Below the pieces are notes generated by a model. The model was not told where the DNA came from. It was given only the letters and a program-made list of their open reading frames with translations, and made no database searches. Both the position numbers and the translations under genes were made by a program. From Promethearchaeota archaeon (GTDB lineage: Archaea > Asgardarchaeota > Lokiarchaeia > Sigyniarchaeales > SOKP01), in assembly GCA_048938445.1 (NCBI GenBank), contig JBHLME010000068.1:1-23374 (forward strand): a DNA stretch of 23,374 nucleotides, given 5' to 3'. Below, piece after piece: positions 1-9,074 of the stretch; position 1 is the stretch's first letter; each line of letters starts with the position of its first letter.

Positions 1-320
1 TTCCCATTTCTCTTTTTCTTGTTGAATTTTTTCTAAATAATCTTTATCAAACAATTGTAAATCACACTAATTTGCTTAATTAGATTAAATATTATTTATC
101 TAATTTAAAGAAATTAGGACAGCTAAAAAACTTTGATAATGGTTAACCGAATATTGAACAATTATCCTGTAAGTTATAAATTTAGAGGAAATAATGAGAC
201 TTAAGGCTCTAATAAATTTGTGAATTCATATAATATTGTTTTAATTATGGAAAATTTATTAAAATAATTAAAAATTGATTGAATTAAAATACAATAATTA
301 TCAATTATTTCTTTTGTTAT

Positions 321-749
321 ATGAAAAAAATCACTTTTACAAAAGCACTAATAATGGTTCTTAAAAAATCATTATTAAAGAAATTTGCTTTATCATTCTC
401 AGAAATTCAAAAATTTCAACAATTTAGATATCTTTTAATAATTAAATCGTTTACCGATAAATCCATAAGAATTACATTATATCCCTTAAAAAATAAAGAT
501 GTAATAAAATTAAATATCCAAGATTCAGACATGTTTGAAGATATCTTCTACAAATTAACAGATTTTCTCAAAAATTATGAAATCATTCATAATTCAGGTC
601 TTATTGAATTTAACAATTATTTCATTTTCGAATGTTATTTAAAATTGGATTTAGAATCCCCCGAAATAAATCAAATAGAAAAATTTTTAGATAACATTAA
701 AAATTCTACCACACTTTTTAGCATTGAAAAAATTAAATTTAAAAGGTAA
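321..749 (+). CDS. Hypothetical protein (true start may be the ATG at 354)
   Basis: 142-aa ORF, co-oriented with and 21 nt upstream of the next ORF; no recognised motif. Confidence 0.55.
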   Translation: MKKITFTKALIMVLKKSLLKKFALSFSEIQKFQQFRYLLIIKSFTDKSIRITLYPLKNKDVIKLNIQDSDMFEDIFYKLTDFLKNYEIIHNSGLIEFNNYFIFECYLKLDLESPEINQIEKFLDNIKNSTTLFSIEKIKFKR

Positions 750-770
750 AAAAAGCATTAAGAGATATAT

Positions 771-1226
771 ATGAACCCTTGGAAGGTATACTTAAAATTT
801 TTTGATGAAACGGATATAGAGCAGGAACTCGAATTATTTGATGCAAAATCATATTTTGGAGGGTATTTAAAGTTAAAACGAAGCTATTTTGATGCTTTAG
901 TTAAAAATATAAAAATGACAAAAAAATACATTACTGGCAGGGCAATAGAAAAAGTTTTGGGCCCAGACAACGAAGATTGGACGTACAATCCTTGGATGCT
1001 CTTAATTATAAAAGATGATGTAAAAAATAAACCTTTTTGGTTTTTTATTAAGCGGGAGAAAGATTTATCTGGATTATTAGTAGCTATCGGACCAAAACCG
1101 TTTGAAGAATATAGCATGAAAGATCCCTCCGAAGCTCGGAACGAAATAAAACGTCTTATAAATTATATTGTTGCTTATTTGAATAAATTTAACTGTGTGA
1201 TTTTATTACCAAATTATTTACAATAA
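771..1226 (+). CDS. Hypothetical protein
   Basis: 151-aa ATG ORF with globular, protein-like composition; converges on pop5 with a 4-nt gap. Confidence 0.75.
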   Translation: MNPWKVYLKFFDETDIEQELELFDAKSYFGGYLKLKRSYFDALVKNIKMTKKYITGRAIEKVLGPDNEDWTYNPWMLLIIKDDVKNKPFWFFIKREKDLSGLLVAIGPKPFEEYSMKDPSEARNEIKRLINYIVAYLNKFNCVILLPNYLQ

Positions 1227-1230
1227 AAAT

Positions 1231-1572
1231 TCAATTATTCATTAAAATTTTATAGTTTTTCTTTTTTATTGATTGTATTGTTCCAGACGTTTTTAATGGA
1301 GATAAAATCACTCTATTACCGTTGATTTCAGAAATAAGAGTCAAAGCGGTAATTATTGATTCCTTTGTTTTATGAGAACATCTAATTATTCCATATCTTC
1401 TTTCCAAGTTGAATTCTACTAACCATAATCCAATTTTATTAGCTTCTTTCATCCCAAAATACCTCCAGATTGATGACCAAATCGATTTAAGTAGCTCTTC
1501 CTTGCTAAAGGTGAACTCTGTTTCTATTATTATTTTAAATAAAATATATCTCTGTCGTTCCTTAGATTTCAT
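1231..1572 (-). CDS. rnp2: Ribonuclease P protein subunit Pop5/Rpp14
   Basis: N-terminal RQRYILF, YFG, GIIRC and C-terminal TSGTI motifs of Pop5/Rpp14; lies directly after Rpp30. Confidence 0.92.
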   Translation of the reverse strand: MKSKERQRYILFKIIIETEFTFSKEELLKSIWSSIWRYFGMKEANKIGLWLVEFNLERRYGIIRCSHKTKESIITALTLISEINGNRVILSPLKTSGTIQSIKKKNYKILMNN

Positions 1573-1618
1573 ATTTCACTTCTTTTTTTTAGTTATTAAT
1601 CTTTTTTTTTTTACCTTT

Positions 1619-2290
1619 TTAGTGCTTTTTTACTCTTTCTAGTAGCGCTCTAGGGCATCCTTGAAAAGCTTGTTTTGATTCTTTAATAGGTAATTCTAGT
1701 AGGGAATGGCAAATGCTGATCAACCCTCGTGGATGCCTAAAATCATATAATTCTGAAAAGTTACCGCTAATAATATATTTTACATTAGTCTTCCTTGTCA
1801 TGTGTAAATAGCGGTATAATGATCTGAAATTTTTTGATTGAACTTGCATATTTTTTTTCATAATTGGTGCTAAAGAAAATTCAATAAAAGAATTGTTTTG
1901 TTTTACTAAAGATAACACTCCTATAGTAAGAGTTTTTAAAATATTTTGCTCTGAGAATGAAATAAGATCCACTCTCGAATCTCTGGCAGCATGTATTTGT
2001 ACATCTTTATTTATAGATTCAACACATAAGATATCTTCAAAATTGTGATATTTTTTTATTTTATTTTTAAAATTATTAAGGTTTTCTTCTTTTATGGTAA
2101 TCCTGAAATATATATTAATTGGAGAAAGCTTTTTTATTGTGTCTTTTAAATCAAGTGGTATTTTTTGAATTTCATTATTAGGTTCCAAAATTAAATTCCT
2201 AATACCTAAACTTTCAATCCATTTTATTTTTTCTTTTATTTCATCAAGATCCTCGAAATTTACTTTTAATCTTGATTCAAAATATGACAA
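1619..2290 (-). CDS. rnp3: Ribonuclease P protein subunit Rpp30
   Basis: AARDSRVDLIS, IEFSL, IISGN..LYDFRHPR motifs; size and position next to pop5; TTG start after a GAGAGGG-like RBS. Confidence 0.9.
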   Translation of the reverse strand: MSYFESRLKVNFEDLDEIKEKIKWIESLGIRNLILEPNNEIQKIPLDLKDTIKKLSPINIYFRITIKEENLNNFKNKIKKYHNFEDILCVESINKDVQIHAARDSRVDLISFSEQNILKTLTIGVLSLVKQNNSFIEFSLAPIMKKNMQVQSKNFRSLYRYLHMTRKTNVKYIISGNFSELYDFRHPRGLISICHSLLELPIKESKQAFQGCPRALLERVKKH

Positions 2291-2380
2291 AAAAAAATCC
2301 CTCTCTAAATACGCTAATTTTATTCAATTACATTAAAATAAGATAAATATAATAAAAAAATTTTATTAATAATACATACT

Positions 2381-3661
2381 GTGGTTAAAAAAAGAAAACT
2401 CTCGGAAATAAGAAAAAAACTATCAAACAATACGGCTATTGTCATATCGGTTCAAGAATTAATTAACCGAATCAACGATGGTGAAAAAGTTCAGTTTGAA
2501 GATGTAGATGTCATTACTACAGCTACTAAGGGATTAATGAGTGGTATAGCAGGTATTTTCTCTTTTCGACTAACTCCCCCTAAAACTATAAGAAAATTTA
2601 CAGAAATTACACTAAATGGAATTACTGGTTTTCCAGGGCCTTGTCCGAATGAATTTTTGGGCATCATTGACTTAATTATCTATGGAACAGGGCATAGTAC
2701 CACTATAGATGAATATTCTGGCGGAAAGCTTTTTAGGGAGTTAGTAGAAGGAAAAACTATAGATGTTGTAGCAAAATCCGTTGAAGGAAAGATTTTAAGA
2801 AAAGAACTTACATTGCATGATATGCAATTTGCGAGACTAATGGGTACAAGACAAGCAATAAAAAATTATAATGCAATGATTAATCCTACTGCTGAAAGAG
2901 TTAATACAATCTTTTCTGCACTTCCTTTTGAACCAAATAATTGCCAAATTACATTTTCTGGATGTGGTGCTTTAAATCCATTTCAAAATGATCCTACTTT
3001 TGAAACCTTTGGTATTGGTATGCCCGTCCTAGTAAATGGAAATATAGGGCATCTTATTGGTCCTGGAACTCGAAATTATATTTTAAAGCCTAATATGATG
3101 ACAATAGCGGATTTTCAAGGAATGAAACCTGAATATATGGGTTCCTTTAAAACTTCATATGGACCAGAGCCTATTTGCTCAATAGCAGTTCCGATTCCAA
3201 TATTAAACGATAATATTTTTAATAACATAATTAAATCGGATTTTGAAATTCCATTAACTATATTAAACTTAGTGGGTCGTGAGAAACTTGGTGAAATAAC
3301 TTATGGTGATGTATGGGATGATAATTATGTTGTCAAATTTAATCCCTCTAAATGTGAAAAATGTACTGAATGTAAAATCGAAATTCATTGTCCAACATCT
3401 TGCTTTACTATAAATAATGGAATTGATAAGAGCAGATGTTTTAATTGTGGAATGTGTGTTATTGAATGTTCAGAAGATGCTTTTGAATGTGATTTAAAAT
3501 CAATAAATTGTAATGGAAAAGAAGTACCCATAGTATTGAGGCAATCTGATAGATTTGGCGCTATTAAATTAGCAAATGAATTAAAAACAATGATTTTAAA
3601 AGGAGAATTTGTCCTTGAAAAACCTACAGGAAAATTAGAATTTGCTAAAAATGTAAAGTGA
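2381..3661 (+). CDS. DUF39 (MJ0100/MA1821 homocysteine-synthesis-like) domain with C-terminal 2[4Fe-4S] ferredoxin; methanogenesis marker 16 metalloprotein-like
   Basis: DVDVITTAT, GPCPNE, FSGCGALNP.QNDP, YGPEP..SIAVPIP motifs; CEKCTEC..HCPTSC and CFNCGMCVIEC ferredoxin motifs; final RQSDR. Confidence 0.85.
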   Translation: MVKKRKLSEIRKKLSNNTAIVISVQELINRINDGEKVQFEDVDVITTATKGLMSGIAGIFSFRLTPPKTIRKFTEITLNGITGFPGPCPNEFLGIIDLIIYGTGHSTTIDEYSGGKLFRELVEGKTIDVVAKSVEGKILRKELTLHDMQFARLMGTRQAIKNYNAMINPTAERVNTIFSALPFEPNNCQITFSGCGALNPFQNDPTFETFGIGMPVLVNGNIGHLIGPGTRNYILKPNMMTIADFQGMKPEYMGSFKTSYGPEPICSIAVPIPILNDNIFNNIIKSDFEIPLTILNLVGREKLGEITYGDVWDDNYVVKFNPSKCEKCTECKIEIHCPTSCFTINNGIDKSRCFNCGMCVIECSEDAFECDLKSINCNGKEVPIVLRQSDRFGAIKLANELKTMILKGEFVLEKPTGKLEFAKNVK

Positions 3662-3664
3662 TTA

Positions 3665-4249
3665 TTACTTTCCCCTACCTTTATTTGCTCTAATACTTGG
3701 ACGAGTTTTTTCAGATCCCCACCCTTTTTTGTGTAAACCTCTTGCTCGTTTTCCTGCAGAAGTTAATCCACGTGTAACCCTTTTTTTATGATGAGCTTCA
3801 CAAATCCAATTAATTTTTGGATCTGATTTGATAACTGGATGATTAGGATCGACTAATATGACTTCATAATACCAATTTTTACCATCTGAATAGATCTTAT
3901 AACTATTTAAGACTTGCATGTTTGGATATTTTCTTTGAGCACGTTCTTCAGCAACCCATTGTAAATTTTTTCCAGTCGTGTATTTTGAAACACCCATTGC
4001 TCTTGGTTTTCTTCCCTTTTTTGGTCTAACCTTATGTGCTCCCCCTTTTCTAATTCTTGCTCTAACAATAATGTATCCCTGTTTTGCTTTATATCCTAAT
4101 GTTCGAGCACGATGAAGTTTTGTGGGTTTTTCTACTCGTTCAATAGACTGGCCTTTTCGATATTCAATTCCTCGGTACCAATGGGGAGTTTGATACCCTT
4201 TTTCATGCTCTTCGAATGTATCCTTTACGTATTTATATCCAGACTTCAT
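3665..4249 (-). CDS. rpl15e: 50S ribosomal protein L15e (start reassigned to ATG at 4249)
   Basis: RARTLGYKAKQG, AEERAQRKYPNMQVLNSY, YEVILVDP.HP.IKSD, RGLTSAGK, KTRPS motifs. Confidence 0.97.
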   Translation of the reverse strand: MKSGYKYVKDTFEEHEKGYQTPHWYRGIEYRKGQSIERVEKPTKLHRARTLGYKAKQGYIIVRARIRKGGAHKVRPKKGRKPRAMGVSKYTTGKNLQWVAEERAQRKYPNMQVLNSYKIYSDGKNWYYEVILVDPNHPVIKSDPKINWICEAHHKKRVTRGLTSAGKRARGLHKKGWGSEKTRPSIRANKGRGK

Positions 4250-4405
4250 TTTAATTTCCAATTATCAGATGATATATTGAAATATATTCCATAATTTTAT
4301 AATTTTACTGTTTTAATGAAAATTAAAATTTAGTTATAATAAAACTAAATAAAATTAATAACAATTTCCATTAAATTTTGGATAAAATAATATGTAAGTT
4401 CATGA

Positions 4406-5326
4406 TTATTTCTTTAAATAATCCGAAATTTTTTCTGCAATGCCTATAGCTGCTGATGTCTGAGTTTCCTCTGTTGAGCTTCCTATGTGAGGAGTAAGGA
4501 TCAAATTTTCATCTATACTATATAATTCTTCATTTTTAAGAGGTTCTTCTCTGAAAACATCTAAAGCTGCTCCTGCGATTTTTTTATTCTTTAAAGCATT
4601 TATTAGAGCCTTTTCATCAATTAATTTACCTCGACCAGTATTAATAATCACAGTATTCTCATTCATTAATTTTATCTTATCCTCATTAATAAGATTTTCA
4701 GTGAGTTTATTAGCTGGCACGTGTAATGAGATAAAATGAACATTTTTTATTAAATCCTCTATAGAGGGATATACGGTATATCCTAAATTTCTTGCCTTCT
4801 CTTTTAATTCTGGAAGAATTTCAAAGATACCAACTTCCATTTCAAACGCCGCACATCTTTTAGCAACAGCTTGACCAATATTTCCGAATCCAATTAACCC
4901 TAATTTCTTACCCTTTAAAGTATTACCGGTATAATCATTTTTACACCATTTCCCTTCATGCATCGTTTTATCCGCTTTTGTAATATATCTCGCATGACTC
5001 AACATAAATCCTACTGTCAATTCTGCAACTGAAACAGAAGGGGCTTCAGGCGTGTTTAAAACTTTAATTTTTAACTCATCTGCTTTCTGTAAATCTATAT
5101 TATCCAATCCGACGCCTGCTCTTCCAATTACTTTTAAATTTTTAGCATTTTCTAAGATTTTTGCTGTTAATTTTGTACGTGATCGAATTACTATAGCATC
5201 ATAATCTTTTATCTTCTCAGCTAAATCCTCTGGAGTGATGGTAAAGTTTTTATCAACCTCAAATCCATTTTCTTGAAAAATCTTTATACCCTCTTCATCA
5301 AGTTTATCTGAAATCAATATTTTCAT
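4406..5326 (-). CDS. serA: D-3-phosphoglycerate dehydrogenase / D-2-hydroxyacid dehydrogenase, short form without ACT domain
   Basis: RAGVGLDNID, GFGNIG Rossmann motif, NTGRG, DVF.EEP, TPHIGS catalytic residues; 306 aa. Substrate specificity is inferred. Confidence 0.85.
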   Translation of the reverse strand: MKILISDKLDEEGIKIFQENGFEVDKNFTITPEDLAEKIKDYDAIVIRSRTKLTAKILENAKNLKVIGRAGVGLDNIDLQKADELKIKVLNTPEAPSVSVAELTVGFMLSHARYITKADKTMHEGKWCKNDYTGNTLKGKKLGLIGFGNIGQAVAKRCAAFEMEVGIFEILPELKEKARNLGYTVYPSIEDLIKNVHFISLHVPANKLTENLINEDKIKLMNENTVIINTGRGKLIDEKALINALKNKKIAGAALDVFREEPLKNEELYSIDENLILTPHIGSSTEETQTSAAIGIAEKISDYLKK

Positions 5327-5393
5327 CTAAAATATCAACCATTAATTTTATTATTGTAAGTTTTTATAATAATCATAATTATAAAAGATTTAT

Positions 5394-5885
5394 TTGTGGA
5401 CGGAATTAAAGATTTTGAACGATAATCAAAATAAAGAAGATAATAAATCCTCTAAACCTATAAAAATAGATTATAAAGATGGTTTAAATGTAAAATATAA
5501 TAAAGAAGATTTAATGAAATATTATCCACACTTAATGGCGGAAATTGAAAATAAAGATAATGAAATGAATATTGACCCAATATCTGCTGATATCACACAA
5601 AATGAAAATTTTGAGCCAATTAAAGAAGAAAAACAACAAATACCAAAGGAATTGATAAATCCTGGTGCAATTGATTTTATTAGGAGATGTAGGAATGAAG
5701 AAGAAACCTTTGAGATCCTTGATTATTTATTAAAAAGAAATGAAATCACCCAGGAACAATATGACGATTTTAAAATAAGAATAAATCAAGAAGATGGATT
5801 AAAAGCGCTAATAGAAGAATGTGGTGGCTTTAAAAAACCGGGTTATTATGAAAAAAAATATTATAAAAAAAATATTAATGGTTAA
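5394..5885 (+). CDS. DUF2095-family protein
   Basis: YPHLMAEI, P.AIDFIRRC.NEEE..EILDYLLKRNEIT and K.PGYY motifs typical of archaeal DUF2095; start uncertain. Confidence 0.75.
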   Translation: MWTELKILNDNQNKEDNKSSKPIKIDYKDGLNVKYNKEDLMKYYPHLMAEIENKDNEMNIDPISADITQNENFEPIKEEKQQIPKELINPGAIDFIRRCRNEEETFEILDYLLKRNEITQEQYDDFKIRINQEDGLKALIEECGGFKKPGYYEKKYYKKNING

Positions 5886-6170
5886 TAATTAAAAACAATT
5901 AACTATTTAATAAGTTAAAAATCTAAGACATTTAAAAACATACTATTTGGTAAGTTTGATTTTTCTTGAATAGATAGAATTAAAGTTTTATCTTCTATCA
6001 TATCTATATCTTGCTTAAAGAATTCTAAATGCAGACATATAATTTTAATAAAAACTGAGTTCTAAAAAATCTTTTTTTTAAAAAAATTTTAATTGGACTA
6101 ATATTATTAGGAAATCCATAATTAAACTCTGTCCCAATTTTTATATATATCTTGAAGGATTATTATATAT

Positions 6171-6698
6171 ATGGAAAAATTAATCGAAGTATTAAATAAA
6201 TTAGGATTACTGGAAACTTCCGACGAAAGTAAACTTATTAATATGAAAGAATTTAAGAATCGATTATTCTATCAAAAATTAATCTTTTTATTTAATGAAA
6301 AAACAAATGAATTAAAATATTCTTTTAATTGGTATAAAAGAGGACCTTACTCTCCTGATTTAACGAAAGATTTGTATTCTATTGATGAACTACTAAAACA
6401 AAAAAAAAAATTTATAGATTTGGTAATTAAAGAAAATATTGATAATAATACGATGGACAAAGCTATTGAGTATATTCAACAGTTAAAATCTTCATTTAAA
6501 GAAAAATTTAATAGAGAATGGACTTCTATAGATTTAGAAATTTTAGCTTCATTAGAATATATTAATAAATACACCTATTCAAATTGTAGAGATTCGAAAG
6601 ATAATACAATCAAAGAATTTAAGGAAAGAAAACCTAAATTGAATAATGAACCAATTAGTGATTATTGGGATCTACTAGAATCATTAGATACTATCTAA
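6171..6698 (+). CDS. YwgA-like / Panacea (DUF4065, SocA)-like protein
   Basis: RLFYQKLIFL, YSFNWYKRGPYSPDL and LEILASLEYI motifs, shared with YwgA/DUF4065 and the DarG C-terminal domain. Confidence 0.75.
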   Translation: MEKLIEVLNKLGLLETSDESKLINMKEFKNRLFYQKLIFLFNEKTNELKYSFNWYKRGPYSPDLTKDLYSIDELLKQKKKFIDLVIKENIDNNTMDKAIEYIQQLKSSFKEKFNREWTSIDLEILASLEYINKYTYSNCRDSKDNTIKEFKERKPKLNNEPISDYWDLLESLDTI

Positions 6699-6732
6699 TT
6701 CTAATTTTTTATAATTAAGAGAGGCAATAATT

Positions 6733-8271
6733 ATGGATCTACCATATGTTAAGGAGATTTTTGATCCAATATATAGTTTTATAAAACTTACTAAAGAAGA
6801 GATTAATGTTATAGATAATTTAATCTTTCAAAGATTGCATAACATCAATCAATTAGGAACATTACATTTGGTATTTCCAACGGCTAGAAATACTAGATTT
6901 TCTCATTCATTAGGAGTTTTGGCAGTAACACAAAAAATTATTGATAATCTTAAATTTTTACCAAGATCTGGAACGAAAGATATAAAAAAATTCAATCTAG
7001 AGCCTAATGAACAAAGGTTAATTAGAGCTGCAGCGCTTATGCATGATATTGGACACCTTCCATTTTCACATTGCACTGAAAATGTAATTAAAGAATATAT
7101 ATTAAAAAAATATTCACATCTAAAAATACAAGGAAAATTTCATGAATGGTTAGGAGGTGAAATAATTAAAAAAACTAATATATATAATCCAATTGAAATT
7201 TATAAAAGAGATATTATTATAACAGACCATCGGGAAAATATTAGTCAAATTATCAATGGTAGTTCAAAATTTACTTTATTTAATCAAATTCTTAATTCTG
7301 AACTTGATGCAGATAGAATAGATTATCTTGGTCGTGATTCTTATTCAACGGGAGTCTCATTTGGTTTAATAGATATGGATCAAATTCTAAGAAAAATGTT
7401 TGTAGAACAGAGGAGAGCAACTGGAACTAAAGGATCTGATAATATTATTGTATATTCAACACATGTAATAAATGCAATAGATAATTATTATTTTGCACGA
7501 ATGTTTATGTATAATTCAGTTTATTTTCATAAAGTTTCACGATATTTTGATTTTTTATTAAAAAAATCATATGAAATAATTATTAATTCTGATAATTTAA
7601 ATGAGATTAAATCTAATTTACTTTTAAAACCAGATATCTTCTTAGAACCAATACTAGAGGATAAGGAATTGGATGAAAAAGAAATTCAGGAATTTTATGT
7701 TTTATGGCATCAATTCGATGACCATTATGTATGGAATTGTATGCGTGATTGTTGGCATCAATTAAAGAAAAAAGATAATAATGATTTAAGTGAAGAACTT
7801 GTCCTCCTAAAAAATTATTTTGATTTATTATTTCAAAGAAAGAAATCTGAACTTGTTTGGGAAGAAAATAGGCTAAAAAACATTATTAGTAATAATAATA
7901 GTGATACAAAATTAGATAATCTCTTGGAGCGTATATTCTCTCAGCTAGAAGATTGGATAAAAAATGAATTACAAAAGGATTATGAATTTCCTCTAATTTC
8001 TTTAAATCATAAAGTCGATGCGCCATTAAGCAATATTGAAATTGATGATCCTGAAAATTTAGATGATTATGAAGGGGAATCCATTCTATTCCACGATCCT
8101 ATGACAGATAAATTTCACTATTTATACAATGTTCAAAGTTCTATAAACTTTCAAATAAATAAATCAGAATTTAAAATTTTTCGAGTTTATTCTACTAAAG
8201 AAGGGTATAGAAATGAATTACATGAGAAAATTGACAAAAAATTTAAAGAATTGACTGATTTTTATATATAA
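6733..8271 (+). CDS. HD-domain phosphohydrolase, SAMHD1/YwfO (COG1078)-like putative dNTP triphosphohydrolase
   Basis: IFDPIY, FQRLHNINQLG, RFSHSLG, LMHDIGHLPFSH, HE, DADRIDYLGRD, MYNSVYFHK motifs; GAGG RBS at ~6721. Confidence 0.92.
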   Translation: MDLPYVKEIFDPIYSFIKLTKEEINVIDNLIFQRLHNINQLGTLHLVFPTARNTRFSHSLGVLAVTQKIIDNLKFLPRSGTKDIKKFNLEPNEQRLIRAAALMHDIGHLPFSHCTENVIKEYILKKYSHLKIQGKFHEWLGGEIIKKTNIYNPIEIYKRDIIITDHRENISQIINGSSKFTLFNQILNSELDADRIDYLGRDSYSTGVSFGLIDMDQILRKMFVEQRRATGTKGSDNIIVYSTHVINAIDNYYFARMFMYNSVYFHKVSRYFDFLLKKSYEIIINSDNLNEIKSNLLLKPDIFLEPILEDKELDEKEIQEFYVLWHQFDDHYVWNCMRDCWHQLKKKDNNDLSEELVLLKNYFDLLFQRKKSELVWEENRLKNIISNNNSDTKLDNLLERIFSQLEDWIKNELQKDYEFPLISLNHKVDAPLSNIEIDDPENLDDYEGESILFHDPMTDKFHYLYNVQSSINFQINKSEFKIFRVYSTKEGYRNELHEKIDKKFKELTDFYI

Positions 8272-8586
8272 TTTTTTTTTTTATATAATATCAAACAATA
8301 ATATCATAAATAATATTCAATTTTTCTAACTCTTTACTGAGTATAATTTAAGAGAATCCTTTTTAAAAAAATAACATCAAAAACATTATTATTAACAATT
8401 TAGTAAGACTCTTTATTTATTATCAAAAAATTGATTTTACTTAGGATCCCATTCCTTTAAATGAAGATAAAATTGCCATGAAAACCTATCAAATATATCC
8501 ATTTCATCCATTTCATATAAAAACAGAATTGAAATTATCCTTTATTTTTAGGTTTACTTTAAGAACTTTTTATTTTATAAATTTAT

Positions 8587-8805
8587 ATGGTCAATAAAAA
8601 AGGTATGATATTTGTATTATATATTGGAATTTTAATTGGATTTATTGGAATATTTATAATATTTTCTGATAATATTTTATTGATCCTTGAAAGTTTTCAT
8701 AATTTTACTAATTCTTTGGAAGTTTTAATTATAATAATAATTCGTATTATTATCTTATCTTTAATATCCTACGTAATGTTTTATAAAATGTTAAAACCAG
8801 AATAA
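8587..8805 (+). CDS. Small two-TM membrane protein, possibly a truncated fragment of a larger membrane protein
   Basis: 72 aa with two strongly hydrophobic segments; stops soon after TM2. Confidence 0.5.
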   Translation: MVNKKGMIFVLYIGILIGFIGIFIIFSDNILLILESFHNFTNSLEVLIIIIIRIIILSLISYVMFYKMLKPE

Positions 8806-8934
8806 TGCAAATGCGAAAATAGTTATGGGGATTCACAAGATAAGAAAACGTTCAATAGAGCAAAAATTTAAAATAAAAAACCTAAACACTAATATTTTAT
8901 TGATGATGTATATATCATTAAGACTAATAATTAT

Positions 8935-9036
8935 AATCTGAATTTGGTAGAAATATGATGAGCTCAATGACAAGACGAGTTAATTGCTCTTAACTATGAT
9001 AATGTTGCCCCAGACTGATTTCTTCAAATTCAGATT
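8935..9036 (+). ncRNA. Box C/D 2'-O-methylation guide sRNA; D guide predicted to target the 23S rRNA P-loop G (E. coli G2251)
   Basis: C box ATGATGA 8955-8961; D' ACGA 8975-8978; internal stem GTTAA/TTAAC; C' ATGATAA 8996-9002; D guide TGTTGCCCCAGA 9003-9014; D box CTGA 9015-9018; terminal inverted repeat AATCTGAATTTG(GT)AGAAA / TTTCT(T)CAAATTCAGATT. Confidence 0.85.
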
Positions 9037-9074
9037 TATAGTATTACAGATAATTCATATTTAATGTGTTCTAC

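Noticed and set aside
1-7. Possible minus-strand gene start (ATGGGAA) at the window edge
   Set aside because: Only two codons are visible, so it cannot be supported.
8497-8516. ATCCATTTC tandem duplication
   Set aside because: Only two copies; probably replication slippage with no supportable function.
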